A stretch of DNA of 62,487 nucleotides, the filler included, from Choristocarpus tenellus KU-1152 (Eukaryota; Protista; Phaeophyceae): the NCBI GenBank assembly GCA_964200185.2. It is 9 parts of 9 records of this genome, joined end to end, with 100 filler letters (N's around TTAATTAATTAA, not from the genome) between each part and the next. Parts side by side here need not be neighbours in the genome. Positions count along the whole stretch, not along the records: positions 1 to 25,468 come from CAXNAD020000188.1; positions 25,569 to 32,599 come from CAXNAD020006819.1; 7 more parts are not named here. The stretch is one strand, 5' to 3'. Numbering within the stretch: the first letter of the stretch is position 1; the number at the start of each line of letters is the position of its first letter. The notes under the pieces are model-generated. The model was not told where the DNA came from, searched no databases, and saw only the letters and a list, made by a program, of their open reading frames with translations. Of the stretch, positions 13,501 through 26,434 are shown piece after piece. The translations under genes and the position numbers were made by a program.

Positions 13501-16500
13501 TACCACTTTATTTGCGCACCGGGACAGGTGGTGATACATGCTTGAACTGACACAGGTGATACTTCAACCTTTGCACACGCCTGCAATGTGAGTTTCCAAA
13601 GAGGGCATTTGATGTGATCCAGGTTATGAGATTTGTCTGACAAAAAGCATGTAGGTAAATGAAGAGAGCGAGAGATAAAGTTTGACTCCACACACAGAAA
13701 AATAAAAAAAGAAGGAAGCATAGACATGAAACATGTGAAAAGTGGTGCACCAAACACGCATACATTCAGTAGCTTCTACGCTGACAAACCTACCTCTGAT
13801 CATCCTACTGCTGTGCCCTAACCCCTCGTCCGCTTTCCTCACATCCCATATTCCTTACAAATCGCACCCGCTTGTTTTTCCATGTTTTATTCCCTCCGGG
13901 GATCGAGGAGACAACTCTTTGAGGGACAAGCCAATCCGGAGATCCTTGCAAGCGTCATGATCTACATCAGCTTTCTCGGCCTGTTTTACAGGGCATTCGG
14001 TTGTTGAGATTGATGATGCTGCACCAGGCGACCCTGTATCAGGTGCATTACCTTGACGGGGAACAAGAACTGTGGTATGTCGAATGGGTGCAGCCGTTGC
14101 CTTGAGATTCCTGAGGGAGGGGGGGTGAGTATCAGGAAGTATTTGTAAATACTTTTTTGTAAGTATGCATTTTCACACAGGTCATTGGTGACAGTCAGTG
14201 ACCAAGAATGCACACTTCAATTTGGGCCAATCAACAGCTTACTATCAACAGCATCTGAAGATATTGTTTGTCAAACAACGACCACACAATCTCTGAGCTG
14301 AAGGAGCACAACATAGTTTTGTTACGGTGTATGCTTCCAAGGATAGTCTTCCTGTCAAAAAAACGCATCAACACCATCCCAGAATTTCTTTCTTTTCTTC
14401 AGTCCCTGCCTTGGTAATCTTTAATACCTGGGGTCAGACTTTGAGAGAGATCCCGTTTATCCTGATGGTTATAGTGACAATGTAGAACTTGTTTGGTGCA
14501 AGCTATGGCGGTTAAGACCCTGTAGCACTACAGTAGATAACGATGACATTGAAACCAAATATGGCCTATCCAGGCAATGCATTTTGGGGGTGTAGGGTTT
14601 ACTCACTTCCGTTCAAGGTTAGGGCTAGATGCCTTTGGGTCCAAGCGAACAGTGGGTATTGCCTGCAGCTCTGCGGGTACATCCTTAGCAAGCTTAACCC
14701 TTCAGTCAGGCAGGGGGGCACAGGGACTTGTAAGATGGCAGAGACAACCTGCTTGGTTGTTGTCACTTAGTACACAAAGGCAACTTGACTGTGACCACCC
14801 TGCTTGTGAAAAGATCTGATTAGCACTCCTTTGTATCATTCAATCAGCGACTCCAGACAAAAAAGAACAAAAGCAAGGACCAATGTGATGCCAGAGGTGT
14901 GACATTTTTTATGGTAGTAAAGAGTTTACTCTAATTACGCAGCATGTTGTCCGTGATGGTGCTGGTGCTGCTGAAGATGATAAGAGTGATTGAAAAGCGC
15001 TTGTACTAAACGAATTGTAGAAGTCCTCAAATGAATGGTGGTTTAATTACAGCAAAATAAAGCACACAAGCTCTGAAGAAGGAGATATGAGGGAGAAATG
15101 AATATTCAATTGTAGTTCCATCGCCAGGATGGCAGCGTGTAGTTTGTACTCTTGCCAAGCAGAAAACCCAGTGCATGTAGACAGCATGTACTACTCGATG
15201 TCTTCTCTACAATTGCCCTTATCGTACAGGATTAGTCCAGTTTAGGGCAGGGGACAGGGAACTGAGGTGCGAGAGGAATATTTTGCAAATTGAAAGATAA
15301 CCGCCAAGAAGAGTGATCTCATTCCTGAACAGTTGTCACGATACAGTAGATACCTCAGCTTTGGGGGAGTCAGTGCCGCATGGACATAATTCTTCATGTA
15401 GGGACAATCCAAGAAGATCAGTCGAAGCATCTCATATCAATTGATACCTAATCCTGTTGTTAAATGTAGTAATATTCGACATCTTGGCCCTGAAGTATAC
15501 CTTCCTCGAGTTCGCAGTAACTAGGCACATTTATCTCGACTGTACTGATAAACTTGACCTATACTTCAAGTACCATAGTGTCGTCTTAGGTTTATGTGGC
15601 TGGGGTTACGAAAAGTAATATTTTCACCAATGGAGTAGCCTCCATCTCCGCACCCATTGTCTGGGTGCAGTCACCCTTTAGACTCCCCCCCACCCATGAT
15701 CATAGCACAATTGCACAAAGATCCAATTTGAATTAACACTATGTGCAGGTGCAAGTGATCAACAAGCAAGTCAAAAAGCACTTGTTTGCACCAGGTGCTT
15801 CCTATGCCCTGCTGTTGTTGAGCAGGTGGAAAGGACACCTTCATGGCCCCTCAAGTCTCAACAAATATGACCGGTGTTTGAAAAGGTACAGCCGACTGTT
15901 TGACCCACCGGGTTGTTGGCCGGTACACCAACAACGGAGAAGGTGTACAAGGCCGCTCCTCCTTCCGTGGGGACCATGGCTGTTCAGCATGGGTTTGACT
16001 GTGGTTGTCTTTATTAACCTCCCCTCCGTTGTTGCACCCCTGACCTTCCATCTGAGAGTGTAATTGCTGGAGGATGGGAGCTTTGAGTAAATCTACTCCA
16101 TCCCACCCTAACATGGTCCCCGACCGTTCCGGATTGCTCTCACTCTCCTCTTGCTCCTCTACTTCACTCTTTACATCCATATCAGAACATGTTACACATA
16201 GGTACAGAGATTGTCTTGAGAGAAGCAACAGGGGAATTTCTTATCGATTACCATTGATGCATTGCATTTGCTTAGCGGAATAGTCATCAGAGCTGTGCCA
16301 GAGCTATTGTGATGGTACTGTAGTGCTTCGCAAACTATCAGAACGGAAATGATTAGGTAGGGTTTACTACTGCATATGGGTAGTATGCATTAGGGATTGA
16401 GGTCGGGCAAACATGCGGGATACTTATTGCGATTTTTTTCCGGGCCAAGGGTGTCATAGATGGACCCTTGCATTTCAGGAATAGGACCCTTGTTGAAATT

Positions 16501-19500
16501 GTTGTACACATAGGTGATTGCACACCTTAATAGTGTTGTGGGAATGTGGAACCCCTGCTTGCCGAAGAGCTACCACTACAGGGTCTTCCGAATGGCTGGT
16601 ATGTTGAACACAGGTTGCGAGGTTTGCCTTGTCCAATAGCTTCAAGTGCTGCTGCCCACGGCCCTTGATTTGCACAGAATGAACAAAGAAGGGTGTGCCT
16701 TTAATTTGTACAGGGGTCACACTGACACTCCGACATGTTTGCTGTGACAGTACAGTGTTTTTTCGAGGTTCTATTAATTGAGCTATGCCCAATAGATGGT
16801 CTGTGAAAACCCTCGCCTGACTTTTTTTTTCTCCATATAGCTGTTAAAATAGTATATCCAAAAATTATTAGGTGCCAGCAATGTTTTGTCCAGAATCTGT
16901 AAATCTAATTGTTTGACGTGCCAAAACTATGAGGATGTTCTCAAATAGACAAATGTCCTTTGAAGAATAAAGTACAGATTAAACCTCCTATATCCTTGGA
17001 CCAACTGAGTGTACAAAGAAGCTAGGGCACAAGACAATCCCACCTTGGACACCACAGATGGCTGTTCATCGCGGCAATGACTCCTTTGACTGCTCTGTTG
17101 CACAGAAGGTAGACAGGTGGGATATTCACCCTCTATCTCGGCATCTGTCTGCACCACGTCTTCTTCTTGGTCCTCAGAATGGATGCCCACCTGACCCTCC
17201 TCATCGTAGCTGAGACAAGCGCAAAATCAATGTTGTATGAAAGTAACAATAATAACATAGCAATGAATCGATATATAAATAATACTACTAGGAAAATAAT
17301 AGTAAAAACTCAGCAATAGTTTAGTTCAGGGGAGGTTACTGGGCATAGTCCTTCGATTGGTCCGTGTGACATGTAGGCTATTACATTATTGTCCACTTTT
17401 CGCATGTACTTTCTTGTAGACTACCTGCCCGGTACCCATCAATTCTCCTCTATTCATTCAATTTTCTAAGGAGTATTTACCTTGATTTATCTCTCTCAAA
17501 TTATGTCTCTGTGTGTGAGTGTGTGTGTGTTCATGTAAAGCAGCAGTGAGGAAGGGTTGTGGGAAAAACTAAGGGGAAGGATAGGGCATGCACCAGTAGT
17601 GACCAAGAGATAAAGAGTCATGTTGTGATACACACTATGTCGTACTGATGGTGTTGTGGTTTTGTCGATGGTACGAAATAAAGGTAGCATAGGGAGGAGG
17701 AAGAAGCATGTAGAGGGGAGGAATAATATCCTCAGCCAAGTGTATGAGCACCAAATATTCTTCCAACCAGTTAACTGTAGTCGGGTGCTCTGGAGTGATT
17801 GTATGTGGGGAGAGTGTAATTAAGTGTGACTTGTAGCAAACGTTTGATGGCAAAAGACATAAACAAAGAGGCAACGGAGCAAGGGCTGATGGGAATGGGG
17901 CATCATGAATTATTTGGAGTCACTAATACTTGCAGTATATTCGATAGTTTACTACGTAGCTTAAGGTAAGTAGACAAGTAGACACTCTATACTATGGTAC
18001 ACCAAATCCACACAGGCATCTACAAGAGAGGAGGCAGAGGGGGATTCAGTAAGACAAACTTCACCACAAAATGGCTCAAAGTATCTGGGGGGNNNNNNNN
18101 NNTTTGTGTTTATGAAATCACCATCAAGTCGTATTGCCTGTAACATATGTTCTTGAAGTGGTTCAAAGTATCTGGGGGGGGGGGTGTCTACACCAGGGTG
18201 TCCATTCGGGCTCTGACTAGGAAAGTGTACTTAAATTATCTATCTGACGCATGCAACCAAACCATCCAAAACTGGCGACATGAAAAAATGTGCCCTGAAC
18301 GGACAGCTGCCACCCACCCCCGATACTTTGAGCCAATTGCAGCATGTAGACCACAGTGCGGATACTAAAGATAATAGTACTGTTTCTGGGGTATATGAAC
18401 CCCCTTTCTCATCTCCAATGTATGGTACCCAACCGCAGTTATGCTACACAACACCACTCCCTATGCTCTGCGGCCGTTTATCCACTAAATGCACACACAC
18501 TATTCACAAAACACATACATAAGTGCTCTCAAGCACTCACAAGCAAGAAATGTGGTGATGATAAAACATATTCAGTTAATGTATTGCAGAGAATCTATCA
18601 ATGTGTTAATGTTTAGACAGGGCAAATGTTAAAGGACACACTGTGTCAGCACTCAGTAACGAAATGTCCTTTGAACCATGGGAATATCAGGTGTTTGAAG
18701 CTGCAACCAAACAGTGCTCACACATGATTGTTGGTCAGCGGTGAGTCCAAACCAAACTCAGCAGCCAACTCCGCGAGGACATCTTCCTGGTGCTGGTTCT
18801 CAATTCGGCAAGCCAGCTTTTCGAGTGGCCTTGCTTGGAGCCAAGATGAACAGGATCCGAGCTCATCGGCAGCAGTCAAAAACTTCCACTTCACCTTAAG
18901 GGTTGTGCATTCATCCATGGGGGGATGCAGCACGGTGGGCTAGATACAGGACATGAAACACCATCCTCCCAATGATGTTCTATTGTCCCTGGACTGTTGT
19001 TTTTGAACTCCCGTTGAATAGATATAAGACTACAACACCCAGGAAACCGTTGGAATATGATGATTCGGTTTTAGCAGAGTGGGGCAGAGGCAAGGGTGAT
19101 CTTTGAAAAGGCCTATTATCGCAGTCAGGAATACATGTGCTGCTTGTAAGAAGCACAGGGACAGTATTAAGTAGTGTTTTTGAGGTGAGTGAGGCAACTG
19201 GACTATCAATATGAACAGTGTAGGAAATTAACCACAGTACCAGCGACTGTGTTCAGTATACGTTTTGACGGACGATGTAGCATTAATTACTTTCTAGGGA
19301 TATTCATGCCCTGCTCCATTGTTCTCCTCTCTCTCATCATCTGAGCCAAAGAATTTAAGAAGGTAGGGTCGTGTCCGTTTGGGGTTATAAATCCAATGTT
19401 GCAATTTTTGGTGGATTTTGGCTATCGTGTTTGTTACCAAGTGTCAATATCCTTGCTCCGGACACACACCTTTCACAGTCGTACACAATTTACCTACTCC

Positions 19501-19832
19501 GAAATGTTTCTGTGCTAACACAGAAAACCGAAAAAGGGCATAGAAACCCGTGGGAAGCCAAGCCCCGAACGACCGAAAAGGGTAAAACCCCTACCCTGTT
19601 AAATGCGTTGGGTCATCTTCTACACTATATTCACCCATTCCCTCTTATACCAAGAACCTATAATAATGCCTTCTCTGTGCTTTGGATTTGCATGGAGAAT
19701 TTAGGACGCCAAGACCTTGAAGTACATTGTAGTTCATGCAGCATGCGTTCGTACCCCTAAAAGACTCTTGTTGACGGGTAGACTTGACCGTCCAGGTTCC
19801 CCCCGCTGGCTGAAAACCATGTTTTGGAACAT
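10510..19832 (-). CDS. Multi-exon uncharacterised protein with FAM47-like motifs (~523 aa). Exons 19832-19755, 18894-18722, 17209-17044, 16663-16526, 16168-15909, 14699-14607, 14110-13868, 13580-13520, 12509-12398, 11490-11396, 10662-10510; start uncertain, possible further exon at 20204-20117
   Basis: Ten GT-AG introns join in consistent phase with no stops. Motifs SLLGVKWKFL, RYGKAWYLPAHTW and IPNLFSTKEFIHYIREK|GFRLPGYLE (the last split across an intron) resemble FAM47 blocks (YGAWYLxPxxW; FxxFIxxKGYRxPxFL). Internal exon edges in low-complexity regions are tentative. Confidence 0.7.
12767..12976. mobile_element. MITE-like family B, full copy (in intron)
   Basis: TIR GAGGGTAGG...CCTACCCTC, subterminal GTCCATTTGGG / CCCAAATGGAC, flanks TTAA / TTGA. 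Confidence 0.85.
18160..18334. mobile_element. MITE-like family A, full copy (in intron); another left end at 18073-18092
   Basis: TIR GG(C/T)TCAAAGTATC + G-run ... C-run + GATACTTTGAGCC; internal TCTACACCAGGGTGTCCATTCGGG shared with copies at 38872 (reverse), 25636 (reverse) and 59561. Confidence 0.85.
19359..19598. mobile_element. MITE-like family B, full copy flanked by TTAA on both sides
   Basis: TTAA|GAAGGTAGGG...CCCTACCCTG|TTAA; core as in the other B copies. Confidence 0.85.
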
Positions 19833-22547
19833 GCCGAACCCGACTGTTGGGGGTGCACAAGCACCCGAAGTAGAGCCCAAGATCGGCGTCCTAATCGCGG
19901 TTCTGTGTCCTTATTCAAGTCGTCAATGGTGATGGGAAAAGGTATGCACGATCTGATTGCCAGGGCTAGGATTCGCTAGTGTGATAAGCAATGATGAACA
20001 CATACCATTAGTCGTCCTTTGCTCCTACATGTTACGACAGCGTAGTAGTTGAAGGTGAGGTGAATTTTTTTGGATGTACTCAGCAGTTTTAAGGCGAAGG
20101 CAGAGACATTATTTACGTTGTCTTTCTCCTCCTTCCAGTCTTAACACCCTTTTGACGGGGTTGCTTCTTCGAACAGATATAGGAAGACTACCAAGGTGCG
20201 AGATCTGAGGAGAACATGGGTGGTGAGCGATAATGGAATATTTACACAAATTAAAAATATATATGCCGAGGAATACAGTTACAGTCACACCATATTCCCT
20301 TGATAATCATTTGAACTATTTTACACTAACATCTTCAATTAATACGTATCGTAGTATGTTATGGAATGATGGGGGGAGAAGAACTGCCGAACACAGACAA
20401 TAATACAACAATGAACACAACAACCCAACAAGAACAAAACTTGTACACTCTACAACCGTAGAAGATCTTCAGGTTCATCGTCAACCTCAGCAACGCACAC
20501 ACACACACACACACACACATATATAAGTAAGGATGACTATTCCACATACGGATGCAGATATTATAAGACGAAATCTCTACTCACTCGATCAGAAAAATTC
20601 AACCGCATTTTCAGTCTGCGTATAATCAAACATTTTACGGTTTACACCTGTATCCCCAACCAATCGTTTCAAAATTCAGCTCCCAAACAAAGATCACCAG
20701 CTCATCGTAAAACTCACCATCATCATTAGCTGGTACAAAATCACAACAGTTTTTTTACATCAACATTTCAATTTCAATCCACCCCACTCCCTCACTCCAT
20801 ACCGCCTATTGCTTGCATAGCACGGAGGATGTACGCACCTATTTGCTATGGTCCGACTCAGGTATACTAGTTGAGAATTTGAAGCAATAGCATGGTGTAA
20901 GTAGTACATGATATTTCTTGAGCTAGTTTCTGTTTTTCTTGTGATCCCGTCATCATGGAGTTGCGGAGCGCGCATCTGTGTGTGCTGCGCTGCTACCCTC
21001 TATCTGATTTTTTTAATCTATGAACAACAGTCTGTATTGCTATAACTATAGATAGAGCCCCATATTGACTCTTCTATTATTATTCTAAAAAAGGCAATTT
21101 GATAGTATTATTTATTGATGTACATACACTTAGGGACCTAGCCAGGTAGAGCTCAATTCTCTTAAGAGCCCTACAACAGTAGAACTAATAGTTGACCTTG
21201 ATTGTTGTTGTGTTGTTCTGTACTAGCATAAACAATGAAGCACCACCAGGGGGTTTCTAACTCAGAAACAGAAGGTTGGATCCTCGTACTTCACACAGTG
21301 CTCACCAACACACCAACACACCAACACACCAACACACATGTAGAGAGATAGGCTGATGATGCATCGTCTGTATGAGTGAGGCTATGAACACAAGTTCTTC
21401 GTGTTCTAGAGCGCTACGATGGCGTACTATTCGGGACTTCTCCTACGCCATGTTACGGCTGGTTCGTATTTTGATTCTACGGTGTCCCTTTTTATATGTA
21501 GAGCTGAGCAGTCAGCTTGACGAACTTGCTCACGAAAAGGGGGACAGCACCGAGAAAGGTTATTGGCGTGGTGGGGGCAGGGTCAATCCTAAAACAATTT
21601 AGTCTCCAAGGTGTTAGATGGTTCACATCCTGTCATACTCTCCACTAGATGTGACGTAACACTTTCGAAATTGTTCTATATACTCCGGAGTGTTTAATTT
21701 TTATTGCACCCAATGTCGTGACTACCCACACTTACTCATCCCCTTCACCTGACAATCTCCCAAGAGTCCTAATATCAGGCCTTATTTGTTGCAGTTTGTT
21801 TTTCAGAAGGAGCAAATAATTGATTCATAGTGAGTGATTGTCCAGGCTTGATACTAGGTCTTATTCATATATGATGTTATTATAGTGTGATATTGGAGTA
21901 CCCCAAACCTAAGCCATAGTGAAATCACGCCGAGTAGTCCTTTCCATGTACACTCGGCATAGTATATACTCCAGAATATGATATGTGTTAGTGTGTGAAC
22001 CTTGGGGACCATCCAGTTGAAGCATTGTAAATAGTACCTTGAATGTGTAGTTTGATGTACAACTACGTATGATAGTAGTAGTAGAATACGTTGTACACAT
22101 TCTGGATGTCCAAGTAGAGAATCCCAGGGAGTCAGGCAGCTAAGACATTGTAACGTTGCTTTGGTTGGTTTAGGATCCACGAGGGGGTTGTGTTGTCGTT
22201 GTTGATGCTCATATAACCAACCCCAACTCGTTGTATGTATCAGCAATGTATGGCTCACTGCTCGACCCTCATAGGACCTACATTGTAAGTCGGCCCGTCA
22301 TGGTAACGAAGGATACTTCTGGAAAAAAAATTACCGTACGCTAGGGTCTACCACACCATATATTCCGTACTTTATATTATGCTCCATCTTGCAGATGTGT
22401 GAGTAGTGGAGGGATGAGACGAAGACCAAAATAAATATATTAGGTTCACATCTACAAAATGTTGGAGGGCCAGAATGAAAAAATATATTAGGTTACCATC
22501 GTCGAAATCCTGACGTAAATTACGGTGCAGAAAAGATCCAAACTATT

Positions 22548-22777
22548 TGATAGGTAGGGTTGTATTTTAAGGATCCCGAGAAAGGTCAGAAAGACGCTAT
22601 TTTGTACATTTCCGGAAAGAACCTTTGCCTAATTGGGATATCACTTCGTGTGTGGAAAAGGGAAATATCAATTTTGTCTACACTATTATTGTGTACATAG
22701 AGCAATGAAATAGACTACTGCACAATGTAACAGATATGGTCTAGAATACAAAGGAGTCCAAACCTGCCTACCTCTCA
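22548..22777. mobile_element. MITE-like family C copy
   Basis: Core GGGTTGYATTTTAAGGATC...CACTTYGTGTGTGGAAA(A)GGG...AAACCTGCCTACCTCTC shared with 31623, 53393 (reverse) and 60587. Confidence 0.8.
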
Positions 22778-23949
22778 AACCAGTTGGCTTAAAAATGCTC
22801 AAATACGTAGTCAGCACTCCAGTAAAGTCTCTACCGTCACAAGGCTTGATAATATAGACTCCCACTGTATTATTGTTCCCTCTGCTATTTTGCGGAGGCG
22901 TGTTAGTGAGAGGGGGAAACAGATACCAAAACTGTGTGCCATGAACTGTGGATGCGTAGCTGTCAACAATGCTTAGATACCTCCTCTTGAAGATTATTCT
23001 CTACTATCACATGTGTACACTGACACGCATCCAACCTAGGCCTACGAAAGTGAGTGAGGAGTTATGGAAGCATCCCAATAATTCATCAGGACCCTTCTTG
23101 CCCACCTACCTGTCTGGTGTCTCTCTCTTGAAACTTCCGACGCATCTCGAAGGAGTCACTCGTGCAGTGACAGAGACTACCTGCCTCAAACAATACTTAA
23201 TAACTCCTTCCCAGCAATAACCCTCAGCCCCTTGCCCCCTCCTTGGTATTATCGTACCAATACTGCTATAAAACTAAAAGCACATCGTACTCTTACATTT
23301 AATATTACAATATTACACTAATTAATAATTCCATAATTCTCTCTATTATCTTATAACCGAACAGCAGTTACGGTGGTGATGACACCTCACTTTGTACTTC
23401 AGGGGGGAGCAGATGAGAAAGACACCCTAGTTGTAGAGATTGATCACTTCCTTCTGTTGTAAGATGACAATTTCTCTGCGTTCACAGCTCATATTGCACT
23501 TTCCTCCTTGTCGTATTGTTTACTGTCTCTTGCTGCACCATGAAACTTAGGATGTCAATGTAGCTTGATACGATAGTGCGTACCTTGCACTTTGCCAATT
23601 GGACAACTACCCGAAGGTTTACCTGTGCACTGAACCTCTGCCATCAGTCGCTTCGACGCTGTTGGCAATAAAAGTTGAGCTTAGTACTTCTCATCAACAT
23701 CAACGGTGACACTGAGACAAAGGAGAACATCGCATGACCTTTGTAGTAGCAGCACCATGACTGACTACACCACGGAGCAAGTATTTAACAGGATAGAAGT
23801 ATTAGCAAGAATGTAGTACTGTAACGAGGCAAAAGGTCTTAGCCTAAATCCACACCACACTCAATCCATCAAGATGGTGGATTGGATAAACAACAACACG
23901 ACCTGTCATGCATGCAATAATTCAAATTCCTCCTTGATCTGACTGAGAT

Positions 23950-24683
23950 CTACTTCAGGTCTCGAATTGAGGAGATGCCCATTGCATCCTTGGCCCAGCC
24001 AAGTGTCTGACTTGCAACCTTGTCCGCTGCTTCCGCTCCATCCAGGAGAACCTGCGCGAACCACACACCAATATCAAGATTAAGATGGAGACCTCAAGGG
24101 GAAGATGCGAATAGCAACAAATACACCAATAGGCTATGTGCTACATCGAACCAGCAAGATGCACTTATCGTACAGCACTCTTCACCCCTCCAACCACAGC
24201 ATCATTCTAGGGAGGACTGGCACATCATAGGAAGAATACACACCCACCAAAACTGCACTACCAGAGGGATATACAGATGAAATCGGTTTGTTGGACACAG
24301 GCCATCATTCAACAAGAACTACTAGAAGAATTCAATTGCACCAGGCACCTTCCACTTCTGTACAGTAGGTCCAGAAATGACCCCCCCCCAATAGTAACAA
24401 GAATTTTGTGTTCAGTTCTAGTCAGCCCCTATCTTAGAGCTCCATGTCTCGAGCACAGCGAGGCGTGTGCAACACACACATACACACTTACGCTTAGACA
24501 ACTATGCCACATGAACACAGACATGCAGAAAAATGCATCTTTTGAGCAGTGCAAAGTAAGGGTAACTCAAGGGCGCTCCAGAGTATTTGCTTCCAGATCC
24601 TCTCTGTGTGTTACAAATTAGCGTACCTTGTTGAGGTATGTCCGGTCATCCAGGATCTCCTTGTAGCGGGTCTGAATAGGTTC
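23950..24683 (-). CDS. Tryptophanyl-tRNA synthetase, bacterial/organellar type; last two exons (24683-24627, 24051-23950), 5' part missing
   Basis: EPIQTRYKEILDDRTYLNK|VLLDGAEAADKVASQTLGWAKDAMGISSIRDLK* matches the TrpRS C-terminal helix pattern (PIQxRYxE...YLxxVLxxGAxxA...TL...AMG); clean GT-AG, phase 0. Confidence 0.88.
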
Positions 24684-25468
24684 CTGCAAAAAACGGCAAA
24701 TTTACAAATCGATCAGTGCCGGATCACAGCGGGTTGGGAGGGGAATCACTCAACATTAACCAAGGAGTTCCACAATGCTTAATGCAGGATAGGCACTTTC
24801 TTATTTTTTTTCATCCCGCCATGCAGGGCAAACCCTGGCAGTACATTTCTTGAATGCTGTACACTTGTGATGTACACTTGTCACCTCAGATGTGGTTGGC
24901 AACTTCAAGAAGAGAGCTGGATAGACAAACTACAGTTATGGTAGCATGACTTCTGCATCTGTACAAAAATGCTCCACCAAGCCCAACCACCACACCTACA
25001 ATGCAATCCCTCTGAAGGCTCCTTGAATCTCTCCCAGTAGTCCACCCCAGGTACATACATACATACATACAAAATACATATATATATATGTATTCAGTCA
25101 CCCCACTCACCAGAAGAGACGCGATTTTGGAAGCGAGTTCTGACTTCAGTGTACACTTGGAATGCACATACCAGGACCAGTGGTACAGCACTTGAACCAT
25201 AAAAAAATGTAGGCAACAACGAACAACTTCATTGTGTATTGCAAACATCACAAAAGCACTTCAATGCACTCCAGCTCAAGTCACAGCATAAACACAACTT
25301 ACAGAGAGGTGTGGCACTAGTACTGCACATGTTACATCACTAGAAAAAATATCATGCACACTGACATTCTTTGGGTAGGTTTGGTTACAGAGGGAACAAG
25401 GAGAAACACATAAGAACAACCCCCACCCCCAGACCACACCCCCCCAAACCCCCCACCCCCCAACACCC

Positions 25469-25568
25469 NNNNNNNNNNNNNNNNNNNNNNNNNNNNNNNN
25501 NNNNNNNNNNNNTTAATTAATTAANNNNNNNNNNNNNNNNNNNNNNNNNNNNNNNNNNNNNNNNNNNN
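25469..25568. other. Artificial contig-joining spacer (also 32600-32699, 37004-37103, 40449-40548, 45554-45653, 48547-48646, 53721-53820, 59461-59560)
   Basis: Identical 100-nt 44N-TTAATTAATTAA-44N blocks; the 12-mer gives stops in all six frames. Confidence 0.97.
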
Positions 25569-25635
25569 CTCAACTCAACACAATAATCTCATATATACAA
25601 AATAAGGTACACCTCACTATTGTCCTATTTTGCAC

Positions 25636-25711
25636 ATTCACTTCTCCTTATCAAGCCCTGAATGGACACCCTGGTGTAGACCCCTCCCCCCCCTTCAAGA
25701 TACGTTGAGCC
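25636..25711. mobile_element. MITE-like family A partial copy (reverse orientation)
   Basis: CCCTGAATGGACACCCTGGTGTAGA + C-run + GATACGTTGAGCC|TTA. Confidence 0.75.
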
Positions 25712-25740
25712 TTAGGAGCCCAACTAGAAGAAGATTGTCT

Positions 25741-26070
25741 TAACCTACAGCCTTCCCCCTTCCCATTGCCCGGAGTGCTTCAGCTACTTCCATCATCGTC
25801 GGAGGAGTAGTTAGGGATACGGATGTGAGTCGTTGAAGAGCTTCTCCATTTTGAGGATTGAGATCAACCAAATTGGTACTAAGGAGCACTGCGAAGTATC
25901 TCCTCCACCATTGTTCCATGGTAGATGCTTACTTCCTGAATAGCTGTCCAGACTCATGACGGATAACATCCTGAGAGGCACTCTCTTTGGTTCTGCCGAC
26001 ATTATTGAAGCTTTTCATGTGTTGGTCGAAACCAGTTTTGTTCTCACGGTGAACAAGGTTTCCCTCTTCC
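25741..26070 (-). mobile_element. Degenerate non-LTR retrotransposon (LINE, RTE-like) ORF2 fragment
   Basis: Minus-strand frame reads GFDQHMKS...VIRHESGQLFRK*ASTMEQWWRRYFAVLL...PPTMMEVAEALRAMGRGKAVG*. This matches the pre-RT linker of RTE/L2-type LINEs (W..YF..LLN; PT..EV..A...M..GKA.GPD) and has internal stops. Confidence 0.8.
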
Positions 26071-26434
26071 TAGAAGAGTAGGTTTTAAAGAAATTCTTGT
26101 AAGGCAGACACCTTCATCAGTCTGAGCTGTTTTCTACCCTTCTTCAATGACATCTTGAACGTTTCATTTTGGGGTTATGTGTGGAGTCGTTTCCATGCTC
26201 TTTCCTGATCTATTATCACTTCCATGTTACCCCAAATAAATAGTATCAAACATCACCACAATTAGAGTATCGCAAGTACCTTAACATGTCATGCGATATT
26301 AACAATATTTTATGCCACATAGAGGTATACCTTGATTAGACATGACCTTTTTGTGTACCTTACTTCGTCAATATGCCTTTTTGTGAGTGGCTGACCTCCA
26401 CCCTTTCCTCACAGGCCCCTGTCCAGCCAGCAAA

